Positions 52,101-60,708 of a stretch of DNA of 64,000 nt are shown in pieces. How positions within the stretch are numbered: the first letter of the stretch is position 1; each line of letters begins with the position of its first letter. The notes beneath the pieces are model-generated. The model was not told the DNA's origin and ran no database searches. It saw nothing but the letters and a program-made list of their open reading frames with translations. The stretch is from a virus: IMG/VR virus record IMGVR_UViG_3300024239_000016, positions 1 through 64,000 of that record. The stretch is one strand, 5' to 3'. The translations under genes were made by a program, and so were the position numbers.

Positions 52101-52351
52101 AGAAATCAATCGATGTATGTTCCAACTATGTACATCTGGAAGACTGCTTAGCGTTTAAGGTCTATATTCGCTGTATGCTAATGGCGCTCTACATCCATGA
52201 TGTTAGCGAACAAGATGGCTGGAGTGTCTGGTTTAGCTTCAATAAGAAAAGAATTAAGAATTTTCCAGAGCACGACAAAATAAAAGAATTTCGTCGCTTC
52301 CTGAATCAGCAGTCGATCGCCAAGATAATTGAATTAAAATAGGGGAAGGCA

Positions 52352-52591
52352 ATGAGATTTTTCAAATGGTTAGAAGATCTGTTCTGCTCAATGTTTGAAA
52401 CTGACCTCGATTACGAACCAATCAGCACCCGTGAATCTCAAAACGAGGCAAAAGAGCCCCTGGAATTCACCAATGTCGAAGATCTCAGTCCCCAAGTAAA
52501 ACACGAATTGGCTACAGAACTAATTAGCCGGACCAAATCGGAATTTACCTGGCGCAAAGCCAACCCATTACAAAATAAAACTGGAGAGTGA
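52352..52591 (+). CDS. Hypothetical protein
   Basis: 79 aa, purine-rich SD. Confidence 0.6.
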   Translation: MRFFKWLEDLFCSMFETDLDYEPISTRESQNEAKEPLEFTNVEDLSPQVKHELATELISRTKSEFTWRKANPLQNKTGE

Positions 52592-52592
52592 T

Positions 52593-53303
52593 ATGTCAGA
52601 TAGCGATAAGGTTAACATTGAGGATTTTTTCTTCGATGGAAAAATAGCCATTATGGCAGCTGAGTGGAACGTCAGTGAATGCGATTCGTTTATTTACTCG
52701 CATGGCCTAACAACCGCTGTTGTTAGCGATTCTTCTTCAGCGATACAGGCCGCGGTTGAAAAGCTCACCAAAGAAACTGGATTCAAGCACGACTTCAGCA
52801 TGTCAGCTGGCCGAGCTATTATCAAGCGTGCCCCAGTTAAGATCGGTACCGTAGTTTGGTTCAACAAAGCAAACTGGTTCCCAATTTCAGATCTGAAGCA
52901 TCTTGAAGAAATGCAAGCTAAGTTTGTGCTTGAAATTTCCAAGTTGAAAAAGAATCTGCGTGAGTCAGAGCTGGCAGAAGTAATACTCAACTGCCAAGAT
53001 ATCGATTGCATCGATATTGATCGTAAATACAGCTTTACGGCAATCAATCCGTGTAGCGGCAATGTGCATTCAGAAAGAGACGCGGTTTTGTTCCTAGCAA
53101 AGGACAAAGCGTTTCTAGAGGGAGCGCTGCCAGGATATCGTGCTAAGTGTATCGAACTTGGTGCCAATCCCGCACATATTGAATCGATAGATTTGCTGAT
53201 TGCGCGTGTCGCCGATTATCAGAAGAAGATTGAGTCCAAAATCCCAGATACGGACCTACCATGTGAGATTCGTCGATGCGTGGATGGTGAAGGAGTCCAA
53301 TGA
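52593..53303 (+). CDS. Hypothetical protein
   Basis: 236 aa, SD GGAG. Confidence 0.75.
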   Translation: MSDSDKVNIEDFFFDGKIAIMAAEWNVSECDSFIYSHGLTTAVVSDSSSAIQAAVEKLTKETGFKHDFSMSAGRAIIKRAPVKIGTVVWFNKANWFPISDLKHLEEMQAKFVLEISKLKKNLRESELAEVILNCQDIDCIDIDRKYSFTAINPCSGNVHSERDAVLFLAKDKAFLEGALPGYRAKCIELGANPAHIESIDLLIARVADYQKKIESKIPDTDLPCEIRRCVDGEGVQ

Positions 53304-54718
53304 ACTCGGATAAAGTAATGTGGCTGCTTGAAAAAATAGCAGCCACTGAATCGACCAGACAAAAAGAATCGATGCTGTCAAAATACGCAGAGCATCTTGA
53401 GCTACGCAGAGTGCTGGATTATGCATATAACCCGTACAAGCACTATGGCATCATCGATTTTGATTCTTTGGTTAGCGCGATAGAATCTGGTACATCGATT
53501 GGCTTCAAGCCATTCACTCCGCTAACTTGGTCGGTTCTGAATAAGATCATCGGTAAAAATGTACGTGGTATAACCGTGGATCAGTTATTACTACGGACTA
53601 TCGAGAGCATGACAAAAGAATCCGCATTGTTGTTAGTGCGAATCCTTAAAAAGAATCTACAAGCCGGCATCTCAGCGGCCGTTATTAATAAAGCAATACC
53701 AGAACTGATTCCTATTTTCCCGTATATGCGTTGTTCTGTTGCCAGCAGCAATTTATTGGATAGATACGACTTTGCAAATGGGGTGTTTGTTCAAAATCAA
53801 ATTGATGGCATGTATGTGGCGGTCTCTAAGCACTCGCACGATGACTGGTGTGTCACTACCAAAAATGGCGATGTAATTCCTAACGTCGTGATGAAGCCTA
53901 TTTTTACGTCGCTGAACAAGATGCCAGTTGGTTATCAGTTACATGGGGCTATAACTGTCAGTCAGGATGGAAAGCAGTTAGGTCGTGTAGCTGCTGAAAG
54001 TATTTTGAACGATCTAATGAGTACGTATAGCGATACCAGCTCAATCATTGACCTTGATGATCATGTAGAGCTAGTGTTTCATATATGGGACGTTATCAAT
54101 CACAGCGATTTAACCGCTGGTCGATGTGACCTCATGTACGGGATCCGTTACAAAATGCTTAGCGATTGCATCTCTAAGCGACCCAGGTATGTTAAGTTAG
54201 TAAAGTCAGAGATCTGCCACTCCCTCGATGAAGTATTAAAAGTGACTGGTAGAAATGTTAAAAATGGTTTTGAAGGGACTATAATCAAAAATTGGTTTGG
54301 TCCATGGACAGATGGCATCAGTCCAGATCAGGCGAAGATAAAACCAACATTCGAAACTAATCTTAAAATCGTAGGCATTCTTCACGGCTTACCTGGTACG
54401 AGGTTAGAGAATAAACCGGCGTCATGTATTTGCGAAACTGAGGACGGCTCGTTAACATCTGTAATCCCCATTGAAGAAATAGGAATGCAAAAATCCATCC
54501 AGCGCAATCAGGATCGTTGGTTAGGTCGAGTAATTAAGGTAGCTGCAAGTAACGTAACTACCAATTCGCTCGACGGTATGAAATCGCACTCACTCTTACA
54601 CGCTTACTTTAGCGCACCTCATTTTCGAACGGATTCAGATGTAGCGGATTCGATCGAACAAGTGTTTGCTCAATGTAAAGTCATGCTCAAAGGTAACATA
54701 GAACTAAAACCAGAATAG
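53300..54718 (+). CDS. ATP-dependent DNA ligase homolog (T4-like), probably catalytically inactive
   Basis: T4-like N-terminal DNA-binding domain, FHIWD, EGTIIK, QAKIK and OB fold, but motif I reads QNQIDG and motif III LHGAI. Confidence 0.75.
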   Translation: MNSDKVMWLLEKIAATESTRQKESMLSKYAEHLELRRVLDYAYNPYKHYGIIDFDSLVSAIESGTSIGFKPFTPLTWSVLNKIIGKNVRGITVDQLLLRTIESMTKESALLLVRILKKNLQAGISAAVINKAIPELIPIFPYMRCSVASSNLLDRYDFANGVFVQNQIDGMYVAVSKHSHDDWCVTTKNGDVIPNVVMKPIFTSLNKMPVGYQLHGAITVSQDGKQLGRVAAESILNDLMSTYSDTSSIIDLDDHVELVFHIWDVINHSDLTAGRCDLMYGIRYKMLSDCISKRPRYVKLVKSEICHSLDEVLKVTGRNVKNGFEGTIIKNWFGPWTDGISPDQAKIKPTFETNLKIVGILHGLPGTRLENKPASCICETEDGSLTSVIPIEEIGMQKSIQRNQDRWLGRVIKVAASNVTTNSLDGMKSHSLLHAYFSAPHFRTDSDVADSIEQVFAQCKVMLKGNIELKPE

Positions 54719-54737
54719 GCCCCTCGGGGCCTATTCT
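54711..54737. terminator. Intergenic hairpin
   Basis: AGAATAGGCCCC-TC-GGGGCCTATTCT. Confidence 0.6.
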
Positions 54738-54787
54738 GTCCTCATTATTTATGGTGGCGATAACAGTTTAACTTTAGGATCCAACAA

Positions 54788-55477
54788 ATGACAACATTAA
54801 TTTCAAACGGTAATGTTTTCCTTGCTGATAAACGCACTAGCAGAAGCTCTGGCGATCAAAATAAACGCATGATTTGCCATAACTGCGGCGAATCAAAAGG
54901 AGCGTTCACTGACAATAAATCAAAAATTATTATACCGTCAGATGATGAACCTATGTATATCAATGGTGAGCGAGTTTTGGTAATCGGTTTTACCGGCTCA
55001 GTCATACCTTGTCTAGAGCTTCAGCTATTTATGTTAAAAGACAATGATATTGGTCTTTTCATGAAATCTTCGATAGCTGTACCAAATGCGATATCTAACC
55101 CATGGCCACTGAAGCAATTTAAGGGCACCGGATTTTTAGCAATCACAACAGATAATACTGGTAAGCGACAAACGCATAAGGTTAGTATTACTGACAGTCT
55201 CTTTTCCACCAGCCACTACGTCACCAAGAGCGGGATTGTTATTGGTCATGGGAGTGGGAATAAGTACGCACAAGCTATTTCAACGCTAGCCGGCGGAGAC
55301 ATAGGTGATCCAATTGCACACATGCGAATTGCCGCGTTCTTTGATAAAAGCACATCGGATAATTCATTTGATATCGCCACCATAAATAACGACAATAGTG
55401 TTAGTGTCCAAAAAAATTGTCACTATAAATCAACAAGCAGCGATTTAAAAGAATTTATAATGAGCAAACTTTTCTGA
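54788..55477 (+). CDS. Ntn-hydrolase (HslV/proteasome beta-like) peptidase
   Basis: N-terminal MTT, ADKR, K, GFTG, GSG..YA, D..T; CxxC insertion. Confidence 0.65.
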   Translation: MTTLISNGNVFLADKRTSRSSGDQNKRMICHNCGESKGAFTDNKSKIIIPSDDEPMYINGERVLVIGFTGSVIPCLELQLFMLKDNDIGLFMKSSIAVPNAISNPWPLKQFKGTGFLAITTDNTGKRQTHKVSITDSLFSTSHYVTKSGIVIGHGSGNKYAQAISTLAGGDIGDPIAHMRIAAFFDKSTSDNSFDIATINNDNSVSVQKNCHYKSTSSDLKEFIMSKLF

Positions 55478-55531
55478 TCGCATTAAGTAAACTAAGTAGC
55501 TATTTATTTAATTTTAAGGAAAATAACCACA

Positions 55532-56449
55532 ATGTTTTCATTTGAAAAATGGCATACCTCAAAAGAGGTAAATGAGCGTAGCGCAACACAAGTGGTCGGA
55601 GTATCCTCGATAGTTTTTCGCAACTGCAAGAAGCACATCACTTTTTCGCAACAGCTGAACAGCAGTCATTTTGTGCTCCCATTTGTGGATGAAATACCAA
55701 ATGACCTACCGCTAATTAGCGAGCGGATCATCAATGTTTCGATTCCAATGGAAACTGGGGTTTTTAAAAGAACCAGGATTAGTGAGATTGGTATCCAGAT
55801 GAGAGGTTGTATCCTTCGTGAGACAGGGAAATTTTACATCGAAAAACCAAAGCTGTCTTTCATTGATGTTGATTTATCTGGGCATCAGTTAGTTGAGTTC
55901 CTGGAAGCGATGACTGGTTACCTCAAGCCAATGGAATTCACGTTGCGTTGTATTGTCGCGGCTGCGTCAAGTGGCTTGGAGCTATCTGTAGATGAAGCTT
56001 TGCAAAATACCGATCCACTGATAACAGCTGTCATCTGGGATCCTAAGCGCGCTGATCAGGATCCCGGCCTCTATTTGTTTGGCAATGAGCACAACGAGCA
56101 GGTTGAACTGGCTATGGCCCGTTTTATTAAGCGTAATAATGGAAGATGCCCGGTCATGATTGGTTCGCCTAATATGGGCTCGTTAGAAAAGTTTACCTCG
56201 ATTAACGATGAAAAAGTAATAGGACATTTTACAGATGTGCGCAAAGAAGGAAATGTATTCCTTGGTGAGTTAGTAAAATCAAAGGGCACACTAGCGGCGG
56301 CATTACTCGATAAACCACTGCAATCGGAATTTGGTCTACGCACACTATGCAGGCATGTGCTTAACACCAATACAGGTGAAATGGAAAAGCAATTAGTCGA
56401 GATTTTATCAATTGGACTAATTGCCCCACCGAATGAAAAAGGGAATTAA
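55532..56449 (+). CDS. Protein with a C-terminal degenerate prohead-protease-like domain
   Basis: C-terminal ~130 aa align by eye with the 42604 protease, but the catalytic H/S/D are replaced. Confidence 0.5.
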   Translation: MFSFEKWHTSKEVNERSATQVVGVSSIVFRNCKKHITFSQQLNSSHFVLPFVDEIPNDLPLISERIINVSIPMETGVFKRTRISEIGIQMRGCILRETGKFYIEKPKLSFIDVDLSGHQLVEFLEAMTGYLKPMEFTLRCIVAAASSGLELSVDEALQNTDPLITAVIWDPKRADQDPGLYLFGNEHNEQVELAMARFIKRNNGRCPVMIGSPNMGSLEKFTSINDEKVIGHFTDVRKEGNVFLGELVKSKGTLAAALLDKPLQSEFGLRTLCRHVLNTNTGEMEKQLVEILSIGLIAPPNEKGN

Positions 56450-56508
56450 AGTACGTTCCATCAAAGCAGCAATCGACGATCTACAATCTACCATGAGGAG
56501 ATGTTATC

Positions 56509-57078
56509 ATGAAAGCACAACAAGATTTAATCCGTATCCGTCCGCAAGATCCAGAAAAGCAATATCTAGAGATAGACGAAATGCGCTCTCTGATCAGCAC
56601 CAGTATAATCTCCAAAGACGAAAATTCGTCAGATAGCGACAATATCGCCGATTATCCTCGTGTATTTATCGACGAGTTGTTTTTCATGATCGGTAGCAGT
56701 GTGGTTTGTATGGACGCCGAGATAGAGCTGCCATTGCTATCTGAGCCAACTAATCCACCCGGATTAATGATACCCGTGGCGCACGAGCCATTGGTTGTCT
56801 GTAATCTTACAACAGACGAAGGGTATTCATTTAAAGTGACGTTACAATTCCATTTGTACGTAAATATACCGAAGTGGTTTGGTGGTAAACAGAAACACAA
56901 TGATTGTGATAATTTCTTTGGTATTTCCAGCTCTCCGGTTTGGATTCATCGAGTAGAAGTGATTGGTCCTGTTTTGGAAACAGCGGCGATTGATCTCAGC
57001 TGTCAAATTCTTGGCTATAATCTAGCAGTATTGCGAACACCCAAGAAATCCAATACTGCGCTCATCGCCGACGAGTAG
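56509..57078 (+). CDS. Hypothetical protein
   Basis: 189 aa, SD GAGGAG. Confidence 0.7.
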   Translation: MKAQQDLIRIRPQDPEKQYLEIDEMRSLISTSIISKDENSSDSDNIADYPRVFIDELFFMIGSSVVCMDAEIELPLLSEPTNPPGLMIPVAHEPLVVCNLTTDEGYSFKVTLQFHLYVNIPKWFGGKQKHNDCDNFFGISSSPVWIHRVEVIGPVLETAAIDLSCQILGYNLAVLRTPKKSNTALIADE

Positions 57079-57082
57079 TGAG

Positions 57083-57646
57083 ATGAAACTATCATTTGCG
57101 ATCGTTCCAGCAACAGGAGCTCCATTCGAGTTTACCGAGGATTCCATCTCTTGGCTGATTGGTGTTATACCAGACCAAGGGGGTATGCGAGCAAATCAGC
57201 TTTCGTGCCATGCTGAGGAATTTACTCTTTCTTTAGATTCCGCTGGTCTAGATACCAACGCCATCAAAGTTTTTGTACTGGATTTTGGGGATGTAGAGAT
57301 TCAGGAGATGAGCGAGAGCTCATTATACCTTTTCATTGAGCTCAATAATAAACGCTGGATGGATCCAGAATTGTTAAGAGCCGATACCGTTGGTTCTGAC
57401 GCTAGATTTTCGAAGTTTTACGAAGAGCATCAACCGTTGTTAAAAGCTATTCTCAAATCTATCAAAGATGGATTTTTGAATTGTTCCATCGATGGGATTG
57501 AAGATCCTTTCATCCCTCTGATGAGCGGCGATATGATCATTGAGTTACCGCAGACCCAAAACAAATCCGTTGCCGATCTGATATCTTCGAGATTGGAAGA
57601 TAAACCATTACTTGAACTGGAAATACCATCAAGAACGATGCACTAA
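57083..57646 (+). CDS. Hypothetical protein
   Basis: 187-aa ORF followed by a hairpin. Confidence 0.7.
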   Translation: MKLSFAIVPATGAPFEFTEDSISWLIGVIPDQGGMRANQLSCHAEEFTLSLDSAGLDTNAIKVFVLDFGDVEIQEMSESSLYLFIELNNKRWMDPELLRADTVGSDARFSKFYEEHQPLLKAILKSIKDGFLNCSIDGIEDPFIPLMSGDMIIELPQTQNKSVADLISSRLEDKPLLELEIPSRTMH

Positions 57647-57651
57647 ACTAG

Positions 57652-57681
57652 ATACCGATCCGGCTTAAGCCGGATCGGTAT
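57652..57681. terminator. Perfect 30-bp palindrome/hairpin
   Basis: ATACCGATCCGGCTTAAGCCGGATCGGTAT. Confidence 0.65.
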
Positions 57682-57737
57682 TAGATGATAGCAGCAGGGG
57701 ATTTTTTCTTTTTATAAATTGCGCAAAGGAAAGCAAA

Positions 57738-59240
57738 ATGCTTCAACAGAATTTACAGGTCCTGGCAAGTGCTCTTGGTCTTGATATTCATTATCTTCGT
57801 GAAAACGGCGGCGATCTCTCACAGCTGAGTGATGGTGACAAGACAAGCCTAGTAGCAGCACTGAACTCATTAAAAGAATACGCAAATTCTTACTTGGATG
57901 GCGTCATTCATGACGCATCTCAGTCGTCAGATCACGCGTACTCATCCAACAAGATTGAAGCCACTATTCAGTCAGCGATTGACCTGATCAAGGTAGGCGC
58001 TCCCGAGGCATACGACACGCTGAAGGAAATCGCTGACTACATCGCTCAAGATCAGACACAGATGTCAGGTATTTTGACATCGATGGAAAAGCTTGTGCGC
58101 TACGATCAGACCATGTCTTTGACTGAGCCGGAAAAGGCAAACCTTCACAACACTCTTGCCCTGGCCATCAGTCAGATTGGCATCGAGAGCATCTACGCCG
58201 GCTTCCAGCCCAAGCAATTCAAAGATGTGGAATTCTACGTTCCTCACTCTCTAGGCGGACGTATCTTCCAGATCATTGGCGATGATGTCTCGCAGGTAGC
58301 TATCGCCAACACATCGACACGTGCCCCGTATCCACCGAATCAGTTCATCAGCACTGAGTTCAGTAGCGATGGCGAGTTCTTCCTCTCGCATGAAGGTTAC
58401 CTGTCCGGTTATCCGAAGGTTCGTGTTGTGGCCCACAAGCGCAATGCCAATGGCACATTTGCAGAAACTGGCTATTACGATAACGTCCTTGCTCAATCCA
58501 TGCTGGCAAGTAAGCAGTATCCAAAGGTCGTCTACAAGCAGACTGCAAATCAAACTCAAAACTGGGCTCAGATCCTCGGCGTTAATGCGATTGATCGCAG
58601 CGATCCAGTTCAGCCTGTTGCAGCCGCCATCCATGGCAAAATGGCAGAAACTCGCGATGGTAGTAAACTAGCTGTCGCTATGGCTAATGGCAGTCTGCAT
58701 ATCCTCAGTGTTACGGATGGCAATCCGATGTCTTTTGCTCAGGCTGGTTCTGTGCCGGCTTCGCAATTCACAAATGCGATTTGCAATAACAGTATGGCAT
58801 TTAGCCCGGATGGCAAGATCCTAGCAGGCGCTTCGCGATACAATGCAACGAAGCAACTGGCTATTGTGGCTACTAGCGGTGGCGATTTTACTCAGCGCGT
58901 TTTACATGCGTTTGATACCGAGCAGGCGCTCCAGCCACGACTCTTCTGGGTTGACTCCAACACCATCGTTGTACAACAGAATACCAACTTGCAATTCTAC
59001 CGTATTCTGTTCGATGGAGTGAATGTCAGCGTGAGTCTCGTCAAGACGCTACCAGTGCCAGTCGGTATGATCATCGACGGCGTGACCGATGACGGCCGGC
59101 ATATCTTCATGCGTACTTTGGCAGGAGGAATGCGAATTCTTCGCCATGTCAGTGATTACCAGTACGATGTTCTTGCCAATATCACCACTGGTCCGACCAC
59201 ACTGGAATTGTCGCACACAAACTCTCGCCTTCTCGATTAA
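57738..59240 (+). CDS. Fibre/receptor-binding-like protein with C-terminal beta-propeller
   Basis: GDLSQL..DKTSLVAALN, YSSNKI, GAPEAYDTLKEIAD fibre motifs; FSSDG, FSPDGK, TDDGRH propeller blades. Confidence 0.65.
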   Translation: MLQQNLQVLASALGLDIHYLRENGGDLSQLSDGDKTSLVAALNSLKEYANSYLDGVIHDASQSSDHAYSSNKIEATIQSAIDLIKVGAPEAYDTLKEIADYIAQDQTQMSGILTSMEKLVRYDQTMSLTEPEKANLHNTLALAISQIGIESIYAGFQPKQFKDVEFYVPHSLGGRIFQIIGDDVSQVAIANTSTRAPYPPNQFISTEFSSDGEFFLSHEGYLSGYPKVRVVAHKRNANGTFAETGYYDNVLAQSMLASKQYPKVVYKQTANQTQNWAQILGVNAIDRSDPVQPVAAAIHGKMAETRDGSKLAVAMANGSLHILSVTDGNPMSFAQAGSVPASQFTNAICNNSMAFSPDGKILAGASRYNATKQLAIVATSGGDFTQRVLHAFDTEQALQPRLFWVDSNTIVVQQNTNLQFYRILFDGVNVSVSLVKTLPVPVGMIIDGVTDDGRHIFMRTLAGGMRILRHVSDYQYDVLANITTGPTTLELSHTNSRLLD

Positions 59241-59251
59241 GTCGATATTCT

Positions 59252-59294
59252 ATACATCACTACCGGGCAATGCCCGGTAGTGATGTATTTTTTT
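59252..59294 (+). terminator. Rho-independent terminator
   Basis: ATACATCACTACCGGGCA-A-TGCCCGGTAGTGATGTAT plus T tract. Confidence 0.8.
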
Positions 59295-59301
59295 ATAAAA
59301 A

Positions 59302-59316
59302 CATATTACTTTACTG
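59302..59316 (+). promoter_or_regulatory. Putative early promoter upstream of the tRNA/ncRNA island
   Basis: CATATTAC-TTTAC-TG. Confidence 0.65.
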
Positions 59317-59352
59317 ATTTCCTACCATTGTTAATTTGGGAGAAGCAAATAC

Positions 59353-59733
59353 ATGAACAACCGACGCATTCGTCTCAAATCAATTCGCGCGAAGCTTTAT
59401 AAAGAGAACTGTATTATTCCGACCATAATCAGGAATGGTAAAGTCCTACGCAGAGCTCAACTGCGTTACGCCTACATCGAAAGCCGCCCACGTAAAAACA
59501 ATAAATCAAAACACAAATACGATACCTTTGCACATATCACATGCCCAAGTTGCGATGGCTTTGCTAGTCAGTACCGCTATGCCGAAACCGAAGAAGAACA
59601 AGCATATGAAGAAAAACAAATGTTGAAGCGCGGAGGCATTTTTCCGTATGCTGACATGTACGCATGTCGTGCAAAAATCGGCAATGGTGTATGTAGTAGC
59701 GGTTATAGCAACAAGCGCTATCGGTTTTCTTAG
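59353..59733 (+). CDS. Basic hypothetical protein with a possible Zn site
   Basis: 126 aa, CPSC and C..C, R/K-rich N-terminus. Confidence 0.65.
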   Translation: MNNRRIRLKSIRAKLYKENCIIPTIIRNGKVLRRAQLRYAYIESRPRKNNKSKHKYDTFAHITCPSCDGFASQYRYAETEEEQAYEEKQMLKRGGIFPYADMYACRAKIGNGVCSSGYSNKRYRFS

Positions 59734-59790
59734 TGATTTAATTCGCAGCACATTTATGTGATGTAAAGTAACAAACAAAGGGCACCTGCT

Positions 59791-60361
59791 AATAAACTAT
59801 CGGTAGTCAACGTGGCTGGCTATTAGAAATAATACCACGCTGCGATGGCGTAACGATAGAGTCGAAAGAAGCATAAAACATCTATTCATTTTGGCACGCG
59901 TAAAACCTTAAAAAGATAGATGGGTGAATCTGTTCAAAGTCGGCGAATGCTGCGTCCGTTAGGACACGCTAACGCCGAGCCAAAACAAGTTGTCCTATTC
60001 AGCCTAACCTACCTTTAGTCGGATGTACTTGACCGGTAGTATGGCGGGGATGTAAATGCTAGTTCAGGTAAAACACTACGGTGTAACTAGAATCTCGGGA
60101 GAGATCTAAAGACAGGCATTCTTGTGAGGTGTAGAGAGATGATGGACAGGACCTAAGTCTGCTGGCGATGATGTTTGTCGTTAAAACGAAGTTAACTCGA
60201 TAGTGATATGGATAAATTGCCTATCATGATGACCGTGTTAGCGTAAGGAAGCAGATATGGTAAAGGCGATCTCCGGACTACAACAATAGATGGACATGAC
60301 GCGTGCGTTGCGAGACAGCACAAATCACATACATCTCTGATCGTCGTAAGACGATGTAGTG
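59791..60361 (+). ncRNA. Group I intron ribozyme (IC3-like core), no ORF
   Basis: P1 CTGCT 59786-90/GGTAG 59802-06 with U.G; P2 CATCTAT/ATAGATG; P3 CTGTTC 59930/GGACAG 60144; P4 TCGGCG/CGCCGA; P6 GCC/GGT; P7 G(A)GAGAT 60134/ATCTCC 60269; P9 ACTACA/TGTAGT then terminal G 60361; P10 AAACT/AGTTT. Confidence 0.82.
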
Positions 60362-60498
60362 AGTTTCCTTAAACTAAAAGTGCATCCCAGTGCTGGCCTT
60401 ATTAGCATTGCGTAGCCTGACAGCGTAACAGGTTAATTCTAGTTAAAGAAGAAAGTGCTCATGGATTAATACTAGGTAATCGCATCCATGACAGATGT

Positions 60499-60583
60499 GC
60501 CCAGGTGGCGAAATTGGTAGACGCACCAGATTTAGGTTCTGGCGCCTTCGGGTGTAGGGGTTCGATTCCCCTCTTGGGCACCA
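60499..60583 (+). tRNA. tRNA-Leu(TAG)
   Basis: Cloverleaf, CCAGA-TT-TAG-GT-TCTGG, long variable arm, encoded CCA. Confidence 0.95.
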
Positions 60584-60585
60584 AA

Positions 60586-60673
60586 GGAGATATGGCTGAG
60601 TGACTTAAGGTACTCCCCTGCTAAGGGAGCGTACAGAAATGTATCGTTGGCTCGAATCCAACTATCTCCGCCA
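60586..60673 (+). tRNA. tRNA-Ser(GCT)
   Basis: Cloverleaf, CTCCC-CT-GCT-AA-GGGAG, long variable arm, G73, CCA; T-loop CTCGAAT. Confidence 0.92.
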
Positions 60674-60708
60674 AGAATTCAATAGTTGTTTTCATTGTGA
60701 GGGATCGA

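Noticed and set aside
59353-59790. Upstream CDS as the 5' exon of the group I intron
   Set aside because: The CDS stops at 59733, 57 nt before the predicted splice site, and the ligated exons give no continuing frame
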